Part shown: piece after piece, positions 9,316 through 18,133 of the stretch | Numbering within the stretch: the first letter of the stretch is position 1 | Layout: every line of letters begins with the position of its first letter | DNA from: Candidatus Bathyarchaeota archaeon | GTDB lineage: Archaea > Thermoproteota > Bathyarchaeia > Bathyarchaeales > Bathycorpusculaceae | Assembly (NCBI GenBank): GCA_003133625.1 | Contig: PKYH01000027.1 | Span: 15,266 to 66,084, forward strand | DNA: 50,819 nt | Direction: 5' to 3' | Program-made: the position numbers and the translations under genes | The notes under the pieces: model-generated | Database searches by the model: none | Seen by the model: only the letters and a program-made list of their open reading frames with translations | Told to the model about the DNA's origin: nothing

Positions 9316-10917
9316 ATGAGTGAAGAGACTGTTGGACGCGGCACATGGTACGACATGATGGCCAAGAAAGTAATTGAAAGAGAGCGTCAGCTAGGCAGAA
9401 ACATGGATAAAATCAGGACTGAGATGGGTCTTGGCGCCTCAGGTTTCCCTCATATTGGAAGCTTGGGCGACGCCGCACGCTCGTACGCCGTTACGCTTGC
9501 TTTGAAGGGTTTAGGTTTTAATTCTGAGTTGGTTGCTTACTGCGACGACAAGGACGGCTTGCGAAAAGTTCCGGTTGGATTATCAAAGGATTTAGAGAAG
9601 TATCTTGGTTTTCCAGTGTCCAGTATTCCTGACCCGTTTGGTTGCCATGAAAGCTACGGCAAGCATATGAGCTTGCTTCTGCTTGAATCTCTAGATAAGT
9701 GCGGAATAGAATATCGCTACTTTTCAGCTAAGGAAGTCTACGAGAAAGGCTTGCTGCTAAACGAAATCAGAACAATACTCTTAAACGCAAAGAAAGTAGG
9801 CGAAATTGTCAAAGAAGAAGTCGGTCAAGAACGCTACACAGAAGTCCTGCCCTTTTTCCCAGTCTGCAGCAACTGCGGACGCATCTACACCACAAAAGCC
9901 TTCAAGTTCGAGCCAAAAACTGATAAAGTTCTCTACAAATGCGAAGGCCTAGAAATCCGAGGCAGATTAATCGAAGGCTGTGGGCACGAAGGCGAAACCG
10001 ACATAACTAAAGGTGAAGGAAAACTAACGTGGAAAGGCGAGTTTGCCGCGCGTTGGAAAGCCTTGGATATTCGGTTTGAAGCTTACGGAAAAGACATTGC
10101 TGACTCAGTAAAAATCAACGATAGAATATGCCGTGAAGTCCTGTGTTTTGAGTCGCCATCACACGCTAAGTACGAGATGTTTCTAGATAAGGGTGGAAAG
10201 AAAATTTCCAAATCAGCAGGCAACGTTTTCACTCCGCAAGTGTGGTTCCGTTATGGTTCTCCTCAATCGCTGCTTTTGCTGATGCTTAAGCGGTTTGTTG
10301 GCACACGCACTTTAGATGTGTCGGATATTCCAGCGTACATGAACGAGCTTGATTACTTAGAGGACGTTTACTTTGGCAAAAAACAAGTGGGCGACAAAGA
10401 AGCCACGAAGCTTAGAGGCTTGCTTGAGTACTGCTATGTCATGAAGCCACCAGCTAAACCAAGCATTCACGTGCCCTACAATTTAATGGCATTTCTGGTT
10501 AAGATGGCGCCAAAAGAGTGCCTAAACGATTATGTGACTGAGAAACTGCAAAGTTACGGTTACCTCCAGAAAAACCAAAACTTAGACGCCAGCTTAATGA
10601 AGCGTATTGACTACGCTTTGAATTGGACTAGGGACTTTGAAGAAATCAAAGAAACCGTCATAACTCTGACAGACGAAGAGAAAAAAGCAATCACCGAGTT
10701 AATCTCAAAATTGGAAGCTGAAAATGAGCCGGATAAAATCCAAAATGCCATCTTTAACGCTGCCAAAAACAACGGTTTACAGCCCAGCGGCTTCTTCAAA
10801 ATGCTCTATAATATTTTGATGGGTGCACCGCAGGGTCCACGTTTAGGTCCATACGTGCTTGCCATGGGCAAACAAAACGTCATCGCCGCACTGCAAAGAG
10901 TCTTAAGCAAAAGTTAG
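9316..10917 (+). CDS. lysK: lysyl-tRNA synthetase, class I
   Basis: HIGH-like FPHIGSLGD and KMSKS-like KISKSAGN motifs. 533 aa and overall class I LysRS layout, including a Cys cluster (CSNCG ... CEG ... GCGH). Confidence 0.9.
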   Translation: MSEETVGRGTWYDMMAKKVIERERQLGRNMDKIRTEMGLGASGFPHIGSLGDAARSYAVTLALKGLGFNSELVAYCDDKDGLRKVPVGLSKDLEKYLGFPVSSIPDPFGCHESYGKHMSLLLLESLDKCGIEYRYFSAKEVYEKGLLLNEIRTILLNAKKVGEIVKEEVGQERYTEVLPFFPVCSNCGRIYTTKAFKFEPKTDKVLYKCEGLEIRGRLIEGCGHEGETDITKGEGKLTWKGEFAARWKALDIRFEAYGKDIADSVKINDRICREVLCFESPSHAKYEMFLDKGGKKISKSAGNVFTPQVWFRYGSPQSLLLLMLKRFVGTRTLDVSDIPAYMNELDYLEDVYFGKKQVGDKEATKLRGLLEYCYVMKPPAKPSIHVPYNLMAFLVKMAPKECLNDYVTEKLQSYGYLQKNQNLDASLMKRIDYALNWTRDFEEIKETVITLTDEEKKAITELISKLEAENEPDKIQNAIFNAAKNNGLQPSGFFKMLYNILMGAPQGPRLGPYVLAMGKQNVIAALQRVLSKS

Positions 10918-11044
10918 CTGTTTTCAGCAATTCTTTTATTTTATAAAAAACGAAAAAAGAGTTTACAATACAGGGGGTTGGATTTGAACCCCATCCTCGG
11001 TGGCGGCGTCTCTCGCTCATTTTTTTGTTTTGCGAATAAATTAT

Positions 11045-11599
11045 TTAGCCTCGTAAGTTTAGAGGTTTTTTGAATATTTCTTCTCGCCACTTGTGTTCCC
11101 AACTTGCCCAACCGGTCTTCACGAGGCTTTCTCTCAAGCGCGGTCTTTCGGCTACCCACTCCAGAAACGTCCAGAAGCGTCTCTCATCTTGAAGTATTTC
11201 CTTCGGCACGCCTTTTTCAACGCACCATCTAATATAGCCGCTTTCAACCATCTGCTTAAGTTCGCCTGTGGATTCGACTTTTTGAACTTTGAACCCTCTG
11301 CTTTGCAAGTGCCCAATTACGCTGGATAAAACGTATTCTGAACAAACCTTAAAACAGGTTTCTGAGTCAGGCTGCATGACTGCGACGATTTCATCGGCAA
11401 TCTTTACCGCGTCATCTAAGTATTTCTTGTTTTTGAAGTTTGGCGGCTGGAAGGATGATGTGGGGATTCTGCGTTCCATCACCATGGGGTCTGGGGGTTT
11501 AAGCGCGCCTACTACCACGCCTAATAAGAGGTCGCTCCATCCTGAAGCATCTATTAAAATCGTTTTTCCAGAAAAGTAACCGTCCAATGCCAAGCTCAA
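11045..11599 (-). CDS. hypothetical protein
   Basis: 184-aa ORF with normal globular composition. No motif recognised. Confidence 0.5.
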   Translation of the reverse strand: MSLALDGYFSGKTILIDASGWSDLLLGVVVGALKPPDPMVMERRIPTSSFQPPNFKNKKYLDDAVKIADEIVAVMQPDSETCFKVCSEYVLSSVIGHLQSRGFKVQKVESTGELKQMVESGYIRWCVEKGVPKEILQDERRFWTFLEWVAERPRLRESLVKTGWASWEHKWREEIFKKPLNLRG

Positions 11600-11989
11600 T
11601 CACCACAGACTGTGAAATATTATGAGGCGTTTGTTTTTCTACTTTTTGTTTTGTACCCATTTTTCATTTCGAACAATAAGCTTTTTTGATGCTGTTTTGT
11701 GGAGCGATTGCGTTCTCGTTATTATGTGTTTTAGTGTTGTGAGAAGAAGTAGGGTAAGTAGGAGTAGGATAGTGGAAAAAGGTTTGGGTTTGAGGATATG
11801 GCTTTATGAGAGTACGAAGCCGATTATTAGACCTACTATGAACCCAATTCCGAGCGGCAATATACCTATGAGGATTCGCCAAATATGCGTAATGAAGGAC
11901 GATAAGCTTGGCAGCGGAACAACAGAAGCTTTTTCATGAAGCTTAAGTAGCAGAAGCAAGTGTAGTAAAATCCAGAAAAAAGCATGGAG

Positions 11990-12058
11990 CGGGGCTCGTC
12001 GTCTAGTACGGATTATGACACCGGCCTGCTTTTTTGGTTCGTTTTCTATTTCAGTCAT
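11990..12058 (-). pseudogene. Int(N) stub: first 23 codons of the element integrase, separated from the rest by integration
   Basis: MTEIENEPKK-QAGVIIRTRRRAP. The last 13 residues are att-encoded and identical to residues 9-21 of the 24009..24962 ORF. After the repeat the frame runs into unrelated flank sequence (ORF 11804..12058). Confidence 0.8.
11991..12029 (+). repeat. attL: orphan copy of the 5' half of tRNA-Arg(GCG)
   Basis: GGGGCTCGTCGTCTAGTACGGATTATGACACCGGCCTGC is identical to 24901-24939. Identity stops on both sides (11990 c vs 24900 g; 12030 t vs 24940 g). No tRNA 3' half follows. Confidence 0.9.
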
Positions 12059-12121
12059 TTTTCAAACCTCATTGGTAGAAGCAATGGCAATTTGGGCTTA
12101 AAAGGCTTGCTTATCTTGGTA

Positions 12122-12643
12122 TTACCAGTCTGAAGAAGAGATTTCAGCTATCTTTACTGAAAAAACTTCGCTCAATATTGAAAAGGCCAACTCAGTTAAT
12201 TTAATGTCTCTCGGTTCGTCAGGCGATTTTTCACCATGAAAAAAGTTGCAGCGTATTACGTAAATCGCCTCAAGAACCTCACCAAAGTTCACGAGGTTGG
12301 CGATTCTTACTTCTCTACTTCCATTATACGGCTTGTTTCTGTATATTGGACATAGGCTCTGAAGGGCTAAAACCTTCTCTTTGAACGTATTGTTATTGGC
12401 AATTAGCTCTGAGTACTTTTGTTTTAACGCTGGATTTTCCTTCGCCCATTCTATTTTGTCCCTGTCTGATTCTTCTTGTGACTCGTATGTCTCCCATGCA
12501 TTGAAAGAAATCCATAGTGAGGCAAATTTGTCGAATATATCAAACTCTCGAATATTTTCGCCTTGAGACCGACGATACCAGTCCGATATGAGCTTTCTTA
12601 AACGTGAATGGTACATCCAGTTTGCGATTATGGCAAGGGGCAT
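12122..12643 (-). CDS. HEPN-like protein (candidate RNase / abortive-infection-type effector)
   Basis: R-x4-H motif in IRCNFFHGEKSP near the C-terminus of an all-helical 173-aa protein. No adjacent nucleotidyltransferase partner. Confidence 0.55.
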   Translation of the reverse strand: MPLAIIANWMYHSRLRKLISDWYRRSQGENIREFDIFDKFASLWISFNAWETYESQEESDRDKIEWAKENPALKQKYSELIANNNTFKEKVLALQSLCPIYRNKPYNGSREVRIANLVNFGEVLEAIYVIRCNFFHGEKSPDEPRDIKLTELAFSILSEVFSVKIAEISSSDW

Positions 12644-12781
12644 ATCAACCGTTGGTATATTATTTAATCGTGCCTTATTAGAACTCTCTAATGAAAAGCG
12701 TATTCAGAGTAGCTTACCCTTTTTTTGGGTCAAATGAAAAAGTGGCACTTAGTTTTGTTAAACAACTTTACGAGTTGCTTG

Positions 12782-14476
12782 TCAACTTTGCTTCTTGTTC
12801 TTTCTTGTCATCACAATTAACGTAACAGCTATTATTGAGGCTACAATCGCAACAATTATCACATAAACTAACCACGGTTCAGAAAGTATTCCATTTGATG
12901 ACGAGCTCGACATTGCAGAGTTTAAATCTACAGCTATTTGATGAGTGCTATGGTGATAATAGAATGATATTGCCCATGAATCTGTTTGCTGTTGAACACT
13001 ATAGCTGAGTGGGGTTCCATCGAGAAATACTTGCAAGTTTGAGATGTCATTTATCAGACTTTTTGGAATGTAAACATTGACATAGCCTGTTGTCCCTGAA
13101 GGACCTGATACTGTGAAGCTTATCTGATTTGATGTTGAGTTAAAAGCGAAAGCTGAAACCGTCGAGTTTGATGCCACTGAGAAGACGTTTTGCTCTTCAA
13201 AAGGCAACACAGCAAAATTAACTATACTGCTGCTTTCAGAGTAATTGGAATTTCCTGCATACGTTGCTCTAAGAAGATAGTTTCCCGTTACAGACGGCAA
13301 CCAAACAGCAGAAAAACTTCCGCTGCTATCTGCACTCACAGTCGTAAGGTCATTCCAAGAATTGCCTTCGTTAACGCTGTAAGAAAGCAGAATTGAAACA
13401 CCAGACAAACTTACCCCATCAGAGGTTATATTTCCACTAATTTCTACGTTGAAGTTCGAGTAACTTGTAGAACTTAGGCAGGAAATGGCAATCGTAGGCG
13501 TTGGCAATAGACTTTGAATTGGTGTAGATGTGGGAGTTGGTGTTGGCGTTGGAAAAGGACTTGATACCGGGAACGTGGGTTGAGGAGTGAGCGGAATTAG
13601 ACTTGGCGACATGAACGGATAATTATCCTTGTTGTTAGAATTAATTATGTATGGCAAGTCACCTATCCCGTCGCCATTAGCATCTTTTCCTGTATAATCA
13701 CTCCAATAGTTTCCACCGATAGAAGTGCCGTTGTCCCACTTGTTACTATCTGAATAATTATAAAGCTGTGCTTGAACTCCATTTCCAAGAATAATGTTGT
13801 GGATAAACATGCTATCGTAGATGTCTATTAAGAATCCATGGCCGTTTCCGGAAATTGTGTTGTTTGCGAATATGTTGTCGTATGAAGGGTCGCCCCCTCC
13901 TGCTCCAATACCGATGTAGTTATTTGAAATCGTATTGTTGAAAATGGCATTGCCATGTGTCCAGTCGAATCCGAGAGACGTGTAAGGATTATTCTCAATC
14001 AAGTTGTTTTCGATTGTGTTACCATAGGAGTGCAGTATGCGGATTCCATCGCCATTATTCGTTATTATGTTGTTTGAAATTATTGTTCTATTGTAGCCGT
14101 CAACCCAAATTGCATTGCCTCCGCTTCTTGCATGTTGTATTGTAAGTCCACCAATTGTTACATCGTTAGCTGAAACAATAATAATGCTCCCAGGGTCTAC
14201 TCCACCAGCATCTATGACTGTCGTTTCTCTGTTTTCACCGAGTAAGGTCAAAGTTTTGTTAATTGTGAGATGCTCATTGTAAGTACCACTCATGACTTCA
14301 ACTGTATCACCGGAACTTGCAGCATTCAAAGCTGCTTGAATAGTCTGAAAATCCTTGTTGCCCTGAGTACTTACAATCCATGTTCTTGCCTGAGATTGAC
14401 CGAAGACATTGACACCACAAGTAATCATTCCCAAGAGCAACATTATGGTGAACAAAGCAAAAACCAATTTCTTCAA
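12782..14476 (-). CDS. secreted, C-terminally membrane-anchored right-handed beta-helix (NosD/PbH1-like) surface protein
   Basis: Signal peptide MKKLVFALFTIMLLLGMITCG. Repeated NN.I..N..GI beta-helix turns, a GGNYWSDYTGKDANGDGIGDLPY motif and a PTPTPTPTSTP linker. Ser-rich Ig-like region, then C-terminal TM helix plus KNKKQS. Confidence 0.8.
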   Translation of the reverse strand: MKKLVFALFTIMLLLGMITCGVNVFGQSQARTWIVSTQGNKDFQTIQAALNAASSGDTVEVMSGTYNEHLTINKTLTLLGENRETTVIDAGGVDPGSIIIVSANDVTIGGLTIQHARSGGNAIWVDGYNRTIISNNIITNNGDGIRILHSYGNTIENNLIENNPYTSLGFDWTHGNAIFNNTISNNYIGIGAGGGDPSYDNIFANNTISGNGHGFLIDIYDSMFIHNIILGNGVQAQLYNYSDSNKWDNGTSIGGNYWSDYTGKDANGDGIGDLPYIINSNNKDNYPFMSPSLIPLTPQPTFPVSSPFPTPTPTPTSTPIQSLLPTPTIAISCLSSTSYSNFNVEISGNITSDGVSLSGVSILLSYSVNEGNSWNDLTTVSADSSGSFSAVWLPSVTGNYLLRATYAGNSNYSESSSIVNFAVLPFEEQNVFSVASNSTVSAFAFNSTSNQISFTVSGPSGTTGYVNVYIPKSLINDISNLQVFLDGTPLSYSVQQQTDSWAISFYYHHSTHQIAVDLNSAMSSSSSNGILSEPWLVYVIIVAIVASIIAVTLIVMTRKNKKQS

Positions 14477-14806
14477 TTACCTCAATCTCCTCTTCACCAT
14501 TTAATTCATTTTGATAAGCTAATAAAACTTGCGTCAATTGTCAAGGAATAGCCCGAATTCTCGCATTAAAGCTGTGTTTGAGGAGGATTCCGCTTTTCTG
14601 GAGATAATACTGTCCATAATATGCAAATGTGGTTTGAAAACAGCAAAAATCCCCTATACTATCTATATGGGAAAAAATGATTTTGGCTTCGCTCCACCTA
14701 TGGGAAACGTTTGACGAATCTGCCCTTTGTATAAAGGTTGAACCCCCAAACCCAAATCAGAAGCATATGGGGTAAAGCGCTTAAAAAAGAACGCAAATAG
14801 AAACAA

Positions 14807-15580
14807 TTAGATTGTAACGCCGTTACTGTGTGCAAATGTTATGATGTCGGTTGATGGTATCCAAATTGAAATAGCGAATCTATCGGTTTGACGCTGTCCT
14901 GTTGTTGGGTGTTTTGCTTGTTGCTTTAGTTCATGTCTCAATCGTTGTCTTCTTTGTTGCCTTGTTTCCCCCATTGTCTGTTGTTGAGGTTGTGGGTTTT
15001 CCGTGATTGACCTATTATGAAGCCCAAAAACAGTGCCGTTTGCTAAGAATCCTGGGCATCCGCTTGAACCTTGGTACATTAAGGCATCAGTTTCATAAAA
15101 GGATAAAACTCTTCCCGAAGGTGTAAGGTCCGCATTGAAAGAAGAAACAAAAGCTCCCTGAAAGCGTATGAAAAGATGGAAACCAGAAGAATCGACCTTA
15201 GCAAGAGGGAAACCTAACGACCCGCAACTCGTTCCAATCTGAATAGTGTTAGTTGCAAGAGCAAGACTTTGAGTAGACCGTGGATTGGTTATTCTTAGAA
15301 GCGCTAAGTCTCTGTCAGCGTCTTCAGCTATTAATTGTGCTATCTCCAATTTTTGTCCAACATCAGGTGCCCTAATAACTCCGAATAGTTGATGTATGGG
15401 GTTGTTGAAGTTGCCTTCTTTATGTATTACGTGGGCTGCTGTTACCACAACACCTGGCGAAATCATAAAAGCGGTACCATTGCTACAAACACCGCCAGTC
15501 CCGACTTTAGTGTCACATCTTATTCCGTAAACACTTTCACGGACTGTTGAACAAGCTTGTTGAAACATAAATTTAACCAA
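14807..15580 (-). CDS. trypsin-like (S1/chymotrypsin fold) serine protease, no signal peptide, Q/R-rich C-terminal tail
   Basis: Triad in canonical order: VVTAAHV (His), RDLALLRI (Asp), QGSSGCPGF (Ser). The tail is NPQPQQQTMGETRQQRRQRLRHELKQQ. Confidence 0.75.
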   Translation of the reverse strand: MVKFMFQQACSTVRESVYGIRCDTKVGTGGVCSNGTAFMISPGVVVTAAHVIHKEGNFNNPIHQLFGVIRAPDVGQKLEIAQLIAEDADRDLALLRITNPRSTQSLALATNTIQIGTSCGSLGFPLAKVDSSGFHLFIRFQGAFVSSFNADLTPSGRVLSFYETDALMYQGSSGCPGFLANGTVFGLHNRSITENPQPQQQTMGETRQQRRQRLRHELKQQAKHPTTGQRQTDRFAISIWIPSTDIITFAHSNGVTI

Positions 15581-16596
15581 ATCAATCCGTTAGTTGAATT
15601 GTTTTTTAAATTTTTGCCTAATTACGTTTCTTTTAGGTTAAACCTATTCTCGATTGCCATTCTTTCTTTTCATCTCTTGATTGCTGACAAGTATGAGCAT
15701 CCTTGGAATCTCACATCCCCCAAAACACAAAAAATCCCCTATATACTATAAAGGGGAAAATACTGTTTTAAGTCGACTGATGACTTTAGCTTTGAACCCC
15801 TATCTTGGATATTATTAATTGGGTGCACAGAGTCCCCGTAAATCCATTTGCGTCCATTTGCTTGCTCTAATTCTTCAAATGCAAAATTTGAGAAAAGTTA
15901 TTGTTTTGCGTAAACTGTAGCCTATTTTTTTGCAAGCATTACTCAATTTTTAACATAAAAACCTCAATTGTGTAAAAAAGTTGCCCTTTTCAACGGTTTT
16001 CCATGAAAATCACGTAACATCCTTTCAGCCATAATGGTTATATCTCGAATCTTGAGTGTTCCATAACATTGCCCGTTCAAGAATGAATGGGACACATGTA
16101 AACGAGGGGACTGAACTTGGTGGCAGTTACACTATGATTAGCCTTGACTCCGCATGTTTCCAACTCGTTCTAATCGGTAAAGAAAAAATGGAGGGAGCAC
16201 AAAACGGAAATAAAATTAGCCGAGAAAAAAGGTCAAGCATATAGTAAATACTATGTTGTTTTAGACCGAAATGGCGACCTTAGTGTATTAGAAGTTAGTC
16301 AAGATGACTGGTCAATTCTAACAATGGTTGAAGTAATGTACAGCAGGCGATTAATTAAACTTGAAACTAAGAAGCAGGTCGTGCAAGAAATATTACACAC
16401 GTTCCTCAAGACCAACTACAGCTCAGATGCAGTAATACAATACAAACTTGAGTATTTAGGGGATTAAGCGCACTGAACATTTGCAATTTAACACAGATTC
16501 TATAGAGGGACTCCTAAACCGAGAAGAGTTTCACTGATGAAATGATGAAATCTCGATTTGCGAAGCACTCATAAAATCAAAAGGAGATATATAAAA

Positions 16597-16812
16597 ATGG
16601 AAAAATTGGATAAAAATGAAATAAACGTCGGCTTCATAGTCCAACTGGATGAGGATGACTGGCGAGAATTAGAATCTATTATAAAAAATAAAGTGAAACG
16701 GCTAATCTTCGTTAAGAAATGCCCAATCACTGTTAAACTGGAAATTAAAGAGAATTTTCCAACAAGGAAGGGAGAAAATGTCACAAAGTTTTGCAACTGG
16801 GAATCCGCTTGA
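16597..16812 (+). CDS. small hypothetical protein (71 aa from ATG 16597)
   Basis: AAGGAG lies 10-15 nt upstream of ATG 16597. Overlaps the start of the next ORF by 35 nt, consistent with coupling. No family recognised. Confidence 0.4.
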   Translation: MEKLDKNEINVGFIVQLDEDDWRELESIIKNKVKRLIFVKKCPITVKLEIKENFPTRKGENVTKFCNWESA

Positions 16813-18028
16813 ACTGGCTAAGCAAATCGGCTATGAACTCTATGATAATATTGGTAAAATTGCTTTTGAAGAACTTGAGCTGGCTTATGCAAGCAGATTA
16901 GCACCTAAATTTGAAAAAGTACCAGAATTGCGTAGTTTCACTAACCTGAATTTCTATTGGGCAAGAGGTTGTTTCAAAAACAGGAGTATAGAAGGATTTA
17001 AAGATTGCTTACCTGAAGATTTCAAACAGAGAAATATTTCAACCGCAACAATTGAGACAATGTTTGGCAGCATAAATGAAAAAGGTAATAAACTCTTTGC
17101 TCCGCTGTTCCATGGATATGAGACATGCTTTATGCCTGAACTGTTAGCATTCTTAGGTAGTTATGAAACCATGAAAGAGAAAGTCAATACTTTCAATGAA
17201 GTTTTAGAAGGCGACCCAACATCAAGAGATATGATAAAATTCAGCAGTGCAAGCGAAGAACTTATTGGAAAATATATGTTGGGTTATGATGGTTTAACTT
17301 TTGATGGCAGACATTTGAAATATGAACCAAACACATCATTTGTAGTTGGCACTCGACCAGTAGAAAATAAAATATACACTTACCTTGAGCAATCAGGATT
17401 CTGGAGCAGATTTCATACAATACAAATAAAGATTACTGATAAAGTTTCAGAGGATATCTTCACGGGCAGTTTCACACCAAACCCAGATGTTGATGTGCAA
17501 AGCCTTAAAAATGAGCTTAAGCTCTGCAATAAAAATCTTTTTGCGCATAGAGATGATATAAATTCTGAACTGCCAAGTTACGAAAAAATAATGATGCCTT
17601 TACTTCAAACAGCTAATGGTTTTTGCAAACAAGTTATGTTGAAAAATCCAATAATTGACAACGTGACCCTATTAAATGTGCGTATTAAAGATGACATACT
17701 TCGAGAAGTCAAAGCTTATCAAATTTTAAATCCTGAGTTAAGCGATGCTGAAATTCATGCGTGGGCTTATGCAAGACTGCCGCATTTCTTTGAATTTGCA
17801 ACTGAACCAATCATAGCCAGAGAAATCACATTTGTTAAAGTAAACTCATTGGAATCTTGCATTAAATCTCTTTGCGAACTCTGCAAGGGTTCACCAAAAG
17901 AACGCGATGAAATACAAGACATACTGCAAAAACAAAGCTTTTCAAGACCAACAATAGACCGAGCAATGGAAAAAATCAAAGAAAACGGACTTGAAAAAAC
18001 CCAAAAACGTGGAGTGTATGAAACATAG
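16778..18028 (+). CDS. orphan 416-aa protein with a C-terminal winged-helix-like segment; candidate replication/partition protein of the element
   Basis: GGGAG lies before the ATG. The long ORF has globular composition. The C-terminal stretch SRPTIDRAMEKIKENGLEKTQKRGVYE looks like a wHTH. Followed immediately by an iteron-like repeat cluster. The function is an inference only. Confidence 0.6.
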   Translation: MSQSFATGNPLELAKQIGYELYDNIGKIAFEELELAYASRLAPKFEKVPELRSFTNLNFYWARGCFKNRSIEGFKDCLPEDFKQRNISTATIETMFGSINEKGNKLFAPLFHGYETCFMPELLAFLGSYETMKEKVNTFNEVLEGDPTSRDMIKFSSASEELIGKYMLGYDGLTFDGRHLKYEPNTSFVVGTRPVENKIYTYLEQSGFWSRFHTIQIKITDKVSEDIFTGSFTPNPDVDVQSLKNELKLCNKNLFAHRDDINSELPSYEKIMMPLLQTANGFCKQVMLKNPIIDNVTLLNVRIKDDILREVKAYQILNPELSDAEIHAWAYARLPHFFEFATEPIIAREITFVKVNSLESCIKSLCELCKGSPKERDEIQDILQKQSFSRPTIDRAMEKIKENGLEKTQKRGVYET

Positions 18029-18031
18029 TTA

Positions 18032-18133
18032 TTCTCAATTCTCTTTTCTCATTTATCTCTTTTTTGAGAAATAGATATTATGGAAATTGAACTTCTCAAA
18101 AGAGGGTAGTTGAGAAATTGAGAAATTGAGAAA
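18032..18133. repeat. iteron-like cluster of six TTGAGAA heptamers (four direct, two inverted)
   Basis: TTGAGAA at 18064, 18110, 18118 and 18126. The last three form a tandem TTGAGAAA x3. TTCTCAA at 18032 and 18093. All lie within about 100 nt, directly after the 416-aa ORF stop. Confidence 0.6.

Noticed and set aside
10971-11016. A tRNA-like string on the minus strand (…GAGGATGGGGTTCAAATCCAACCCCCTG) just downstream of lysK. It contains the classic GGTTCAAATCC T-loop word.
   Set aside because: It cannot be folded into a cloverleaf. With TTCAAAT as the T-loop only 2 of 5 stem pairs form, there is no acceptor, D or anticodon arm upstream, and no 5' half. It does form a simple 6-bp hairpin (GGGGTT-N7-AACCCC). 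It may be a decayed tRNA or old att remnant, or a terminator-like hairpin, but it is not a tRNA gene.
10941-11159. The listed 72-aa ORF overlapping the 3' end of the 11045..11599 gene and the tRNA-like hairpin.
   Set aside because: It overlaps a better ORF in antisense or other-frame fashion, has Arg/Lys-rich odd composition, and spans an obviously non-coding T-rich spacer.
11622-11939. The listed ORFs 11622..11939 (plus) and 11664..11882 (minus) in the spacer left of attL.
   Set aside because: They overlap each other and have biased (Phe/Cys/Arg or Thr/Asn/His) composition with no motifs. The region is more likely an untranslated promoter or leader, and the old tRNA upstream region.
11804-12058. 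The 84-aa ORF in the track that spans attL.
   Set aside because: It is a chimeric frame. Codons 1-23 are the Int(N) stub and the att-encoded peptide. The rest is read-through into unrelated chromosomal flank. It is not an independent gene.
15557-15751. The listed 64-aa ORF on the plus strand upstream of the protease gene.
   Set aside because: It overlaps the protease start and the repeated palindromic promoter-like element. Its composition is Phe/Leu/Ile-rich, typical of AT-rich non-coding DNA.
16056-16244. The 62-aa ORF from GTG 16056 as a stand-alone gene.
   Set aside because: The N-terminal part has poor coding character. Only the segment from ATG 16188 together with the +1 frame downstream looks gene-like (see the frameshift finding).
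18110-18133. The tandem TTGAGAAA x3 considered as a possible CRISPR or minisatellite.
   Set aside because: The units are 8 nt with no spacers, and there are only three copies. This is inconsistent with CRISPR, so it is interpreted as iteron or operator-like repeats.
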